Part shown: positions 37,297-47,600 of the stretch, piece after piece | How positions within the stretch are numbered: the stretch's first letter is position 1 | Layout of the letters: the number at the start of each line of letters is the position of its first letter | DNA from: an uncultured Acidobacteriota bacterium | GTDB lineage: Bacteria; Acidobacteriota; Thermoanaerobaculia; Multivoradales; UBA5704 | DNA: 64,000 nt | Assembly (NCBI GenBank): GCA_963700145.1 | Contig: OY969474.1 | Span: 2,752,001 to 2,816,000, forward strand | Direction of reading: 5' to 3' | Notes under the pieces: model-generated | Databases searched by the model: none | Told to the model about the DNA's origin: nothing | What the model saw: only the letters and a program-made list of their open reading frames with translations | Translations under genes and position numbers: made by a program

Positions 37297-38153
37297 CGCG
37301 GCGCGATCCGCTCGAAGTCGAGGAACAGCACCCCGGCGAGGCCGATGCGGGCGCGCTCCGGCAGGTCGACCCACTGGTCGCGGTCGCGCACCTCGCCGTC
37401 CACCATCTCGACGCTCGCCGGCACGGCGACGCCGTTGACCGTGGTGCCGAGCTTCGAGAGGTCCTTGAGCCGGAAGGCGCCGCTCTCGGGGAGGCGGCGG
37501 ATGCGGGCGTGCTCGCGCGAGACGTCGGGGATGGTCTCGAGGCGGAGGTCCACCCAGACGTCCGGCGCGTCGCGGCCGATGACGATCTCGTCCTTGGTCA
37601 CCAGGAAGGTCTGCGGGCCGCCCTCGTCCTTGTAGGTGATGCGCGCGTAGGCGTCCGCGGTCTCGACCACCTGCCGCTCGGTGCTCATCCGCCCGCCGAG
37701 CCGGCGGGTGGTGGAGATGCGGTGCGTCGGGTTGCCGGAGCCGTACCCCGGCGCCGGGCGCTGCGCGAACTCCGAGACGACCTCGATCTCGCCGGGAGCG
37801 AGGCGGCCGTTGGGGTCCTCCTGGAAGCGCACCGTCCAGCGCCCCTCGGCGCTCACCACACGGCTCGCCGGCGCGGGGCCGGTGCGGAGGCCGACCGTCG
37901 AGAGCAGGCGCGCCACCGGCGGCAGGGCCTCGCGGTTGAGGAGAACGAGCTCCTGGTCGAGCAGGCGCTTGGCCTCGGACTCCATCTCGCCGAACAGCGT
38001 GCGCAGGTGGTCGTAGTCGCCGGCGTGGAGGTACACCTGGTAGAGGCTCGGCGCCACGGTCTTGGTGACCAGCGGCTCGAGGCTCTGCCGCATGTTCTCC
38101 CCGATGGCGACGACCACGTCGCGGGCGGTGGCGCGGTCCTGGTCCTGCGTCAT
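37293..38153 (-). CDS. FhaA-like protein (DUF3662-like plus FHA)
   Basis: APSLYQVYLH..D; IVIGR, VSREHARI, DLSKLGTTVNG. Confidence 0.88.
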   Translation of the reverse strand: MTQDQDRATARDVVVAIGENMRQSLEPLVTKTVAPSLYQVYLHAGDYDHLRTLFGEMESEAKRLLDQELVLLNREALPPVARLLSTVGLRTGPAPASRVVSAEGRWTVRFQEDPNGRLAPGEIEVVSEFAQRPAPGYGSGNPTHRISTTRRLGGRMSTERQVVETADAYARITYKDEGGPQTFLVTKDEIVIGRDAPDVWVDLRLETIPDVSREHARIRRLPESGAFRLKDLSKLGTTVNGVAVPASVEMVDGEVRDRDQWVDLPERARIGLAGVLFLDFERIAPR

Positions 38154-38183
38154 CCCTTCCGCAGACCTCCAAAAAAGCCGCGG

Positions 38184-38420
38184 CTATCGTATGCGAACCC
38201 GCATGCGAGGACAGTGCCTGCTCAGGCAGGCGACCTTACGGGTAGCGGAGCCCATCAACGGGCTCCGCAACGGCGCGCCCGCGCCGGGCCAGGGCCGGAA
38301 CTCCAGCATCTGCGCGCCGCTGAACACGTTGTCCGCCGTCCCGTAGATCAGCACGAAGCCGACGAACACTCGCAGCAGCAACGGCGCGAGGTCGCGGTAG
38401 CGGTCGAGGGCAGAGAGCAT
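38184..38420 (-). pseudogene. Truncated DoxX-family membrane protein
   Basis: N-terminus DLAPLLLRVFVGFVLIYG is DoxX-like; degenerates after MLEFR. Confidence 0.55.
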
Positions 38421-38464
38421 GTGAGGAGGACGGATCAGTGAACCGAAAGTTTCTCCTGGAGCGG

Positions 38465-39060
38465 CCTGGAAAATCTCCCGACAGGCAGCGGAATGATTGG
38501 GAGAAGGCCGGAAAAGCTCTCCGCGCCGTCCCGAATGCGGACAGGGACGGCGGGAAGACTCCCGCTGCCCGGGGAAACAGGGCGGGACCTGCGGGAAATG
38601 CTCTGGAGGCGCGACGGAATTCTTCCTCTCTCCCGCGGAGCGCTCTGAGCTTCGCGGGGAGCGCGCCGGCGCTCTACGGGAGCTCGCCGGCTGTCGCACA
38701 GGGCGTTCTGACCGTGCGCAGGAGTTGGGAGCGGCCTGCGCGGAGTCGTCGGAGGGTCCGCCGGAGGCCGCGCCGGCTCGGCGGGCCGGCTCGTGCGGTC
38801 GGCCGGGGCCCGCGCCATCTCGCCTGGAATTGCGCCGCGGACCGCGAGAACGCTCCCGCGGCCGCCGGGAGCATTTCCTCGCCGCCGGGGAGCTTTCCCG
38901 GCCCGCCTGGGAACGCTCCCGGCCTCGCGGGAAGAATTACCGGGTCGTTCGGAAACGCTCCGGCCGAGCGCGGGAGCATTCCCCCACGCGCCGAGAGCTT
39001 TCCCGGCCGGGCCGGGAGACTTCTGCGAGCATCCCGCCGAATTTCCGGGGCCGTTCTCCA
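38465..39060. repeat. Degenerate 21-bp periodic repeat tract
   Basis: gRgaRcNNtcc units at 38846, 38867, 38888, 38909 and onward; same period at 38465-38700. Confidence 0.7.
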
Positions 39061-39110
39061 GCGTGGCAGCCGGGTTGCACCTCTTCGCCCGCGAGAAAAG
39101 GAGATACCCC

Positions 39111-39671
39111 ATGCTCGACTGGCGAGAGGACGTAGACGCGGCGCTGGAGGAGGCGAAGCGGACCGACCGGCCCGTCCTGCTCGACTTCACCGCCGCCCCG
39201 CTCTGAAGCGGATGCGCTCGGCTGGAAGCCGAGGTGTATCCCGACCCGCGGGTCGAAGCGCTGATCCGCGACAACCTGGTCCCCATCCGCATCGACGTCC
39301 GCAAGAAGCCGGAGCTGATGGAGCGCTTCAACGCGCAGTGGACGCCGACCATCCTGCTCCTCGGCCCCGACGGCCGGGAGCACCACCGCATCGAAGGGTT
39401 CCTGGAGACCGGCGACTTCCTCGCCCACCTCCTGCTCGGCCTCGGCCACGTGGCGCGGGCGCGGGGGAAGTGGGACGACGCGATCGGGCGCTACGAGGAG
39501 ATCCTGGCGCGCCATCCGGACTCCGACGCGGCCCCCGCGGCCCAGTACTGGCGCGGCGTCGCGCGCTACAAGAAGACCGGCGACCCCGCCGAGCTCGGCG
39601 CCACGACCCAGGCCTTCAAGGAGCGCTACGCCGACACGCCCTGGGCGACGCGGGCGTCGGTCTGGGGGTGA
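39111..39671 (+). CDS. Selenoprotein: thioredoxin-like (UxxC) plus TPR
   Basis: RBS aggaga; PVLLDFTAAPL-TGA-SGCARLEAEVYPD in frame; WTPT cis-Pro; TPR tail; SECIS hairpin. Confidence 0.88.
39210..39241 (+). promoter_or_regulatory. Bacterial SECIS element
   Basis: ggatgcg-ctcggct-GGA-agccgag-g-tgtatcc directly after UGA 39204-39206. Confidence 0.8.
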
Positions 39672-39695
39672 AGCTGCGGCTCGAGCCGTGCAGCT

Positions 39696-40742
39696 TCAGT
39701 CCTGGACACACCACACCGGGACAGCTGTCGAGCATTCCAGGAGGCTGCTCACCCAGGGCGTGATTGCAACGGCCGGGACTGTCCAATCGCTGCTTCCGAT
39801 CTGGGCGACTGGGCCATCGTGGTCGTCCGACGACGAGGTCCAGGCACCACAGTTCAGCAACGCGCTGTCGGAGGACCCTGTCCGCACCCAGCCGCCTGCG
39901 CTCGGGGGCCCAAGACCGGAGTCCCCGAGTGTGGACCCCAGCGCGGTGTTGTACCTGAGGTAGGTCACGTCGTGAATCTCCCACAGCGAGGCCATGTGAT
40001 ACCCGGGCGCGCAGGCGGTGAGTGTCTCGTCACCCTGAAACGCACTGCGCGTCAAGTAGAACTGTCGGGCTCCGACGCTCAGGAAGGCGCTCGTGCCGTC
40101 GGTGCACGAGATGGTGACCGAGGTCGAGCCGCCCTGGGCCACCGAGCAGGATGAGCCGGCGGGACCCTCCGGTCCCTCGGCGCCCTGAGGCCCGGGCGGA
40201 CCTGGTGCCCCCGGATCCCCGGGAGGGCCCTGTGCCGCCTCCGGCCCGGCAATGAAATAGCCCAGGGCGTCGATTCGTAGATGGGCTCCGCTCGCGGCCG
40301 TCTTGGCGTGGAAGTCCGACACGCAGGGTTCGGCGTCGCAAAGCTCGATCAGTACCGAGGAGTTGAGACTGGGGCCGCCCGCCCTGTAGTCCACGAGGAC
40401 GCTTCCCGGCTCGGGCTCGTCCGCCGGCCAGACCTTGAGCTGCCCGATGCCGGCCGCGTTGGCGACGCGCAGCGTCACGGCGAGAACCGCCGCCTCCTCC
40501 GAGATCCCGCAGCCGGCGGCGGAGCCGCCCTGCGCCGCCAGGCTCACCGCCCCACGGGCAAGCAAAGCCCGGGTCTCGTTGGCGCCCATCTTTCCCTCGG
40601 GAGATCCGGCAGTGCGCACCAGAACGCACGGGTCGACCGGCACGTAGATGAGGCCGTGAGGCGCAGCGGCCGACGCCGGCGCACGCGAGACCGATGCCGA
40701 GATCGCCAAGAGAACCGCCATGCACAGGGTTCGTCTGCTCAT
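39696..40742 (-). CDS. Secreted protein with collagen-like repeat
   Basis: Signal peptide, YVPVDPC..RT domain, (GPP/GDP/GAP)n, Cys-rich lectin-like C-terminus. Confidence 0.85.
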   Translation of the reverse strand: MSRRTLCMAVLLAISASVSRAPASAAAPHGLIYVPVDPCVLVRTAGSPEGKMGANETRALLARGAVSLAAQGGSAAGCGISEEAAVLAVTLRVANAAGIGQLKVWPADEPEPGSVLVDYRAGGPSLNSSVLIELCDAEPCVSDFHAKTAASGAHLRIDALGYFIAGPEAAQGPPGDPGAPGPPGPQGAEGPEGPAGSSCSVAQGGSTSVTISCTDGTSAFLSVGARQFYLTRSAFQGDETLTACAPGYHMASLWEIHDVTYLRYNTALGSTLGDSGLGPPSAGGWVRTGSSDSALLNCGAWTSSSDDHDGPVAQIGSSDWTVPAVAITPWVSSLLECSTAVPVWCVQD

Positions 40743-40766
40743 CGCCTGCCCTCCTTGCGCCGCAGC

Positions 40767-40845
40767 CTGCCGGCTCGGCGAGGCGATTCTCTCGCATCTG
40801 CTCGACCCGCAGACCCTGCGCTGGCAGCGCAGGCGGCTCGCCGCC
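40767..40845 (+). pseudogene. Remnant copy of part of the neighbouring TetR gene
   Basis: CRLGEAILSHLLDPQTLRWQR versus TetR CRLGEAFLSHLLDPQTLRWQR at 43020-43084. Confidence 0.75.
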
Positions 40846-40913
40846 GCCGCAGGTGACGACGCGGACGTCAGTGTGGGAGTTGAGCTCCCTGCCTGCCCTC
40901 GGGCTAAGGCCGC

Positions 40914-42632
40914 CTACCTGGCGCCTTTCGCGAGCGCCTTGAAGGCCCGGGTCAGCGCGTCGTTCGAGCCGTAGCCGATGCCGTCCCAGAAGGTGCAGAT
41001 GGCGTCGGTGGCCAGCTCGTTCTGCGCCGTGTGGATCGTCGCTCCGCCCTCGTTGACGAGGACGAGATAGTCGCTGCCGAAGGCCGGCCAGCTCACCGTC
41101 CCGGCAGGAGCCTGGCTCGTGGCGAAGCTCGTCCAGTAGCCTTCCATCGCCTGCGAGAGCTCCTGCTCGTTGGGGTTGAATTTGCAGCCGCATGCCGTGT
41201 CCGCGGTGTCGAAGACGTAGATCAGCTCGTCGCCGTGGCACACCTCCCCCTGACAGGCCCCGACGTGCGAGGGATTGAAGCACGTGACCTCTTCGAAGGC
41301 ATAGAGGTAGACCTTGTGGGCGTTGGGCGCCGTAGCCGCCAGGTGGCGGTTGGCGCAAGTGAACAGGTAGTCGGTGAAGATGCTCGTCAACTGCGCCCTG
41401 CAGTCCTCGCTGCCCAAGCTGCACTTGTACGGCGCCTGCTGCTTCACACTGGACTTCTGGCCGGGTAAGGGGAACATCTTCCCGAGGACGTAGTCGTACT
41501 TGACCCCGCCGAACGTCTTCTCATCGGCCAGGGCCAGGCTGACGAACAGGATGCCTTCGTCGCGGTTGGTCCCCAGGACCAGGGGCACGCCGAGCGTGCC
41601 GCTCATGGGCTCTTTCGTGAGCAGCGTGCCGTCGATCGCCGGGGTCCAGATCAACATGTCGCGCAAGCCCTTCCAGCCGCCGATCGGATCGAGGGTCTTG
41701 TCGATCTCGGCGCAGAGCAGGTCCGGCGCCGTGGCGTGACTCGCGTCCAAGCACTTCGAGCGCGTGTCGGTGCAGCCGGTGAGCCCGGTCACGACGCCGT
41801 AGTAGGTCTCCCCGATGGTCTCGGTCTGGTCCAGGGTCTTGTAGGGGATGCCCAGCGGGTTGCTCTCCATCAGGGCGGCCTTGAAGAGGCCCGCGCTCTT
41901 GCTGCTCGACAGCGCGTGCAGCCCCACCGACATGGCGCCGGCGCTCTCGCCGAAGATGGTGACGTTGGTCTTGTCGCCGCCGAAGGCGCCGATGTTGGTC
42001 TGCACCCAGTTGAGGGCCAGGAGCTGGTCGCGAAAGCCGAAGTTGTTGTTGTCGGTCGCGTCGGTGACCTGATCGAGGGCCAGGAAGCCCAGCGCGCCCA
42101 GACGGTAGTTGAGGGTGACGACCACTACGTTGCCGCTGGCGGCCAGGTGGGAGCCGTCGAAGACCGGCGCGGTCCCCGAGCCGATGACGAAGGCGCCGCC
42201 GTGGATGAAGACCATGACCGGCAGATTCGCCTGCGGATCGGGGGGGCTCCCGGGCACCCAGACGTTGAGGGTGAGGCAGTCTTCGGACTGGGTCGCCGGC
42301 AAGCTCGTCGAGACGCTCCCCGCCGTGCAGGTGAGGCCGGCCCAGGGCTGCGGGCACGTCTTGCCGTAGGCGACGGCGGAGAAGCTCCCCAACGGATCGG
42401 CCGCCACCGGGTTCTGCCAGCGCACCGGCGGCTTGGCGAAGGGGATGCCCAGGTATTCGGAGACCTTTGCCTGGCCCACCGTCTGGACGTTGCCGCAAAG
42501 GTCGCCCGCCGGCGCCGTGACGCCGGTGTTTGGGACGCAGGCGGGGGTTTGCGCCGGTGTGGCGGCGGCGGCGAGCAGTCCGAACGCGAACACGGCTAGC
42601 GCGACACCCGGTTGAATCGAGTGCATCTTCAT
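40914..42632 (-). CDS. Secreted type-B carboxylesterase
   Basis: YLGIPFAKPP, SEDCLTLNVW, HGGAF, GESAG, HGDEL. Confidence 0.95.
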   Translation of the reverse strand: MKMHSIQPGVALAVFAFGLLAAAATPAQTPACVPNTGVTAPAGDLCGNVQTVGQAKVSEYLGIPFAKPPVRWQNPVAADPLGSFSAVAYGKTCPQPWAGLTCTAGSVSTSLPATQSEDCLTLNVWVPGSPPDPQANLPVMVFIHGGAFVIGSGTAPVFDGSHLAASGNVVVVTLNYRLGALGFLALDQVTDATDNNNFGFRDQLLALNWVQTNIGAFGGDKTNVTIFGESAGAMSVGLHALSSSKSAGLFKAALMESNPLGIPYKTLDQTETIGETYYGVVTGLTGCTDTRSKCLDASHATAPDLLCAEIDKTLDPIGGWKGLRDMLIWTPAIDGTLLTKEPMSGTLGVPLVLGTNRDEGILFVSLALADEKTFGGVKYDYVLGKMFPLPGQKSSVKQQAPYKCSLGSEDCRAQLTSIFTDYLFTCANRHLAATAPNAHKVYLYAFEEVTCFNPSHVGACQGEVCHGDELIYVFDTADTACGCKFNPNEQELSQAMEGYWTSFATSQAPAGTVSWPAFGSDYLVLVNEGGATIHTAQNELATDAICTFWDGIGYGSNDALTRAFKALAKGAR

Positions 42633-42695
42633 GGTTTCCCTCCGCTGGTTGCAAAGGATCTTAGTCTCTAAGCCGCGCCACTTGGCGGAAGGTGC

Positions 42696-42728
42696 TTGAC
42701 GGGAGGTGTAATGTAGGCTACATTACAC
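42696..42728 (+). promoter_or_regulatory. Promoter with overlapping TetR operator
   Basis: TTGACG-17-TACATT; perfect palindrome gtgtaatgtag-g-ctacattacac at 42706-42728. Confidence 0.85.
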
Positions 42729-42738
42729 GCATCCGCCG

Positions 42739-43404
42739 ATGACGACCGCCCCCGTAACCCACCCGAGGACCGACCACCGCGGCGAAGCGCGCCGGAAGGC
42801 GATGCTGGAGGCCGCTTGCGAGTTGTTCCTGGAGCGCGGGTTCGGGGGCACCAGCATGGGGGACGTGGTGGCCCGCTCGGGCGGCTCCCTCGCCACGCTC
42901 TACGCCACCTTCGGCTCCAAGGAGAAGCTCTTCGAGGCCATCGTCGAGGAGGTCTCGGCGCAGCTGCTGGCGCCGCTCGACGCGCCGGAGTTCGAGTCGA
43001 AGCCGCTCGACGAGGCGCTCTGCCGGCTGGGCGAGGCCTTCCTCTCGCATCTCCTCGACCCCCAGACCTTGCGCTGGCAGCGCATGTGCGCCGCCGAAGG
43101 GCCCAAGTTCCCCGAGCTGCGCGCCGCCCTCCTCCACTCCGGCCAAGAGCGAGTGCGCGGGCGGCTCGCCGCCTACCTCGCGGCGCAGGCCGAGGCGGGG
43201 CGGCTGGCGCTCGACGACCCCCACGCCGCGGCCGTCCACTTCCTCGCCTTGGTCAAGAGCGAGGTGGGGTTCGCGGCCGTTTGCGGCGAGCCGATCGACC
43301 TGGCGCCCGAGGCGGTGCCGGGTAAGGTGCAGAGCGCCGTGGACGTCTTCCTCTACGGCTACGCCGCGCGCCGCTTCCGTTCCGGACGCACTCCCAGGAG
43401 ATGA
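42739..43404 (+). CDS. TetR/AcrR family regulator
   Basis: AACELFLERGFGGTSMGDVVARSGGSLATLYATFGSKEKLF. Confidence 0.95.
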   Translation: MTTAPVTHPRTDHRGEARRKAMLEAACELFLERGFGGTSMGDVVARSGGSLATLYATFGSKEKLFEAIVEEVSAQLLAPLDAPEFESKPLDEALCRLGEAFLSHLLDPQTLRWQRMCAAEGPKFPELRAALLHSGQERVRGRLAAYLAAQAEAGRLALDDPHAAAVHFLALVKSEVGFAAVCGEPIDLAPEAVPGKVQSAVDVFLYGYAARRFRSGRTPRR

Positions 43405-44612
43405 CGATGCCCCGATCCCGTTTCCCTGCGGCCTCCGCCGCCGCTTTCCTGTCGATCGCCGGGGCGCTCCTCGCCGCGGGCTGCGGCGACAAGTCCGCCG
43501 CTGGCGCCCCGCCGGGCGGCGCGCCGCCGCCGCCTGAGGTCACGGTGGTGACCGTGGCGCCGCGCACGGTGGCGGTCCCCTACGAGTTCAACGGCCGCGT
43601 CGAGGGCTCGCGCGAGGTCGAGGTGCACGCGCGCGTCTCCGGCATCCTGCTGCGGCGGAGCTACGAGGAGGGGCGGGCGGTGCGCCAGGGGCAGACGCTC
43701 TTCGTCATCGATCCGGCCCCCTACCGCGCCGAGGTGCAGGCGGTCGCCGCCGACCTCGCCGAGGAGAAGGCCCGCCTCTCTCGCGCCGAGCGCGAGGTGG
43801 CGCGGTTGAAGCCGCTGATCGAGGAGCGCGCGGTCTCCCGCCGCGAGTACGACAACGCGGTGTCCACCGCCGAGGAGGCGCGCGCCGCGGTGCAATCGGC
43901 GCAGGCCCGCCTCGCCCAGGCGCGGCTCGACCTCTCCTACACCACCGTCGCCGCGCCGATCTCCGGCGCCTCCAGCCGCGCCGAGCACTCGGAAGGCTCG
44001 CTCGTCGGCCCGGGGGCGGCGAGCCTCCTGACGCGCATCTCGCGGGTGCAGCCGATCTGGGTGAGCTTCAGCGCCTCCGACCAGGTGCTTTCGGGACTGC
44101 GCCGGGCGGTGGCCGCGAAGGAGGTGGTCAGCCCGGCCACCAATCAGCTCGAAGTCGAGCTCGTCCTCGCCGACGACTCGGTCCACCCCGAGCGCGGCCG
44201 GGTCAACTTCTCCGACTCGCTGATCGACAGCGCCACCGGCTCGGTCGAGCTGCGCGCCGAGCTGCCGAACGCGGCCGGCGACCTGATCCCCGGCCAGTTC
44301 GTGCGCGTGCGCCTGCTCGGCATCGAGCGGCCGAACGCGATCCTGGTGCCGCAGCGCGCGGTGCAGCAGGGGCAGGAAGGGAAGTTCGTCTACGTCGTCG
44401 GCGCCGACGGCAAGGCCGTGGTGCGCCCGGTCACCGTCGGCGACTGGCTGGGCAGGGACTGGATCGTCGAGTCGGGGCTCGCCGCCGGCGACCGGGTGAT
44501 CGTCGACGGCGCCCTCAAGGTGGCGCCCGGCGCGCCGGTCCAGGTGGTGGACGCCGCCGCGATGCCGGCAGGCGTACCCGGGGCCGCGAAGGCCGCCGGC
44601 GCAGGGCACTGA
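43401..44612 (+). CDS. RND periplasmic adaptor (AcrA/MexA-like)
   Basis: Lipobox LAAGC, ARVSGIL, LDLSYTTVAAPISG, LIPGQFVRV. Confidence 0.95.
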   Translation: MTMPRSRFPAASAAAFLSIAGALLAAGCGDKSAAGAPPGGAPPPPEVTVVTVAPRTVAVPYEFNGRVEGSREVEVHARVSGILLRRSYEEGRAVRQGQTLFVIDPAPYRAEVQAVAADLAEEKARLSRAEREVARLKPLIEERAVSRREYDNAVSTAEEARAAVQSAQARLAQARLDLSYTTVAAPISGASSRAEHSEGSLVGPGAASLLTRISRVQPIWVSFSASDQVLSGLRRAVAAKEVVSPATNQLEVELVLADDSVHPERGRVNFSDSLIDSATGSVELRAELPNAAGDLIPGQFVRVRLLGIERPNAILVPQRAVQQGQEGKFVYVVGADGKAVVRPVTVGDWLGRDWIVESGLAAGDRVIVDGALKVAPGAPVQVVDAAAMPAGVPGAAKAAGAGH

Positions 44613-44627
44613 GCGAGGAGCGCGCGC

Positions 44628-47600
44628 ATGTTCTCCCACTTCTTCATCCGCCGCCCGATCTTCGCCAGCGTCGTCTCGATCGTCATCGTGCTCGCCGGGC
44701 TGGCGGCGATCTTCAACCTCCCCGTGGCGCAGTACCCGGAGATCTCGCCGCCGGTCGTGTCGGTGACCGCCTTCTACCCCGGCGCCACCGCCGAGGCGCT
44801 GCAGAAGACGGTCGCGGCGCCGATCGAGGAGCAGATCAACGGCGTCGAGGGGATGCAGTACATCCAGTCGATCTCGACCTCCAGCGGCCTGGTCTCGACG
44901 GTCGTCACCTTCGCCGTCGGCACCGACATCGACTTGGCCGCCAACAACGTCTCGAACCGCGTGCGGCTCGCCGAGCCGGGCCTCCCCGAGGAGGTGCGGC
45001 GCAACGGCGTGACGGTGCAGAAGCAGAACTCGAACTTCATCCAGATCGTCACCCTGACCTCGCCCGACGGCCGCTGGGACGAGGTCTTCCTCTCCAACTA
45101 CACCTCGCTGAACCTGCTCGAGCCGCTCAAGCGCGTGCCCGGGGTCGGCGACGTCCAGATCTTCGGCGGCCGCGACTACTCGATGCGCCTCTGGCTGCGC
45201 CCCGACATCCTCGCCGAGTACGGCCTGACCACCGCCGACGTCGCCCGCGCCGTGCGCGAGCAGAACGCCCAGTTCGCGGTCGGCAAGGTCGGCCAGCAGC
45301 CGGCGAGCCCCGACCTCGAGCTCACCTACACGGTGACCGCCGAGGACCGCCTGGCCGAGCCCGAGCAGTTCGCGGACATCGTGCTGCGCTCCGACCCCAG
45401 TGGCAAGCAGCTCCGCCTGGGGGACGTGGCGCGCGTCGAGCTCGGCGCCCGCGACTACGACACCGAGACGCGCCTCGACGGCAAGAAGGCGATCTTCCTC
45501 GGCGTCTTCCTCCAGCCCGGCGCCAACGCCCTGGCCACCGCGCACGGTATCCAGCAGGAGATGGCAACGCTCGCCGCGCGCTTCCCGGCGGGGGTCGAGT
45601 ACGCGCTCCCCTTCGACACCACGCGCTTCGTCGAGGTGTCGATCGAGGAGGTGGTCAAGACGCTGCTGATCGCGATGGTCCTGGTCTTCGCCGTCGTCTA
45701 CCTGTTCCTCCAGAGCTTCCGCGCCACGCTGATCCCGATGGTGGCGGTGCCGGTGTCGCTGATCGGCACCTTCGCCGGCATGTTCGCTCTCGGCTTCTCG
45801 ATCAACACCCTGACCCTCTTCGGCCTGGTGCTGGCGATCGGCATCGTCGTCGACGACGCCATCGTCGTGCTCGAGAACACCGAGCGCATCATGGCGACCG
45901 AGGGCAAAAGCGCGCGCGAGGCGGCGTTCGAGTCGATGACCCAGGTCACCGGGCCGGTGGTGGCGATCGTCCTCGTCCTCTGCTCGGTCTTCGTCCCGGT
46001 CGCCTTCCTGGGCGGCCTGGCCGGCCAGCTCTACCGGCAGTTCGCGATCACCGTCGCGATGTCGGTGGCGATCTCGGGGCTCGTGGCGCTGACCCTGACG
46101 CCGGCGCTCTGCGCGCTCATCCTCCGTCACCGCCACGAGCCGCGCGGCCCCTTCGCCCTCTTCAACCGCTGGTTCGAGAAGGGCACCGGCGGCTTCGTCG
46201 GGGCGGTGCGCTTCCTGCTCCGGCGGCCGGTCGTCGGCCTGGGGCTCTTCCTCCTCGTGCTCCTCGCCGCCTTCGGGCTCTTCCGGCTGGTGCCGGGGAG
46301 CCTGGTGCCGCCGGAGGACCAGGGCTACTTCATCGCCGCGGCGCTCTTGCCCGACGGCGCGACGCTGCCGCGCACCCGCGCCGTCACCGACCGGATCGAG
46401 AAGGTCCTGCTCGCCGACCCGGCGGTCGAGGACGTGGGGTCGATCATCGGCATCGACTTCGTCGGCGGCGGCAGCAACAGCGCGGTGTCGACGATGTTCG
46501 TGATCCTGAAGAAGTGGGACGAGCGCACCGGCGAGGGCCTCGACCTCGACACCACCCTCGGCCGCTTCTACATGCAGACCGCGGGCATCCGCGAGGCGAT
46601 GGTCTTCGCCTTCAACCCGCCGGCGATCCAGGGGCTCGGCACGACCGGCGGCTTCGAGGTCTACGTGCAGAGCCGCGGCGAGTCCGATACCGCGCGCCTC
46701 GCGGCGGTGACGCAGGAGCTCCTCGGGAAGCTCAACCAGGACCCGCGCTTCGCCGGCGTGCGCACCCTCTTCCGCGCCAACACGCCGCAGATTAACGTCA
46801 AGCTCGACCGCGAGAAGGCCAAGGCGCTCGGGGTCTCGGTGGACGAGGTCTTCAGCACGCTCCAGGCGGCCTTCGGCAGCCTCTACGTCAACGACTTCAA
46901 CAAGAGCGGCCGCGTCTTCCGCGTGCAGCTCCAGGCGGAGGCCCCGTTCCGTTCGCGGCCCGAGGACCTGACCAAGCTCTACGTGCGCGCCGACAGCGGC
47001 GCCATGGTGCAGCTCGGCTCGCTCATCCGGCTCGAGTACGGCGCCGGCGCCGAGACCCTCGAGCGCTACAACCTCTACCCCTCGATCAAGCTGCTCGGCG
47101 CGCCGGCGCCGGGCAAGAGCTCGGCCGAGGCGATCGCCGCCGTCGAGGAGATCGCGGCGCGCGAGCTGCCGCCCGACTTCGGCATCGCCTGGACCGGCAG
47201 CGCCCTCGAGGAGAAGAAGGTCGGCGGCTCCTCGGCGCAGGTGCTGCTGCTCGGCATGGTCTTCGCCTTCCTGATCCTCGCCGCGCAGTACGAGAAGTGG
47301 TCGCTGCCGCTGGCGGTCCTGCTGTCGGTGCCGTTCGCCTTCCTGGGCGCTCTGCTCGCCGTCTGGGTGCGCGGCATGCCGAACGACGTCTACTTCCAGA
47401 TCGGTCTGGTGACGCTGGTCGGCCTGGCGGCCAAGAACGCGATCCTGATCGTCGAGTTCGCGGCCCAGGAGCGCGAGCGCGGCAAGACCATCCTGGAGGC
47501 GGCGCTCGAGGCGGCGCGCCTGCGCTTCCGGCCGATCGTCATGACCTCGCTCGCCTTCATCCTCGGCGTGCTGCCGCTCGCCTTCTCCTCGGGCGCCGGC

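Noticed and set aside
38438-39763. 441-aa ORF across the repeat tract and thioredoxin gene
   Set aside because: Its 3' half is an off-frame overlay of the selenoprotein; the 5' half is open because of the repeat
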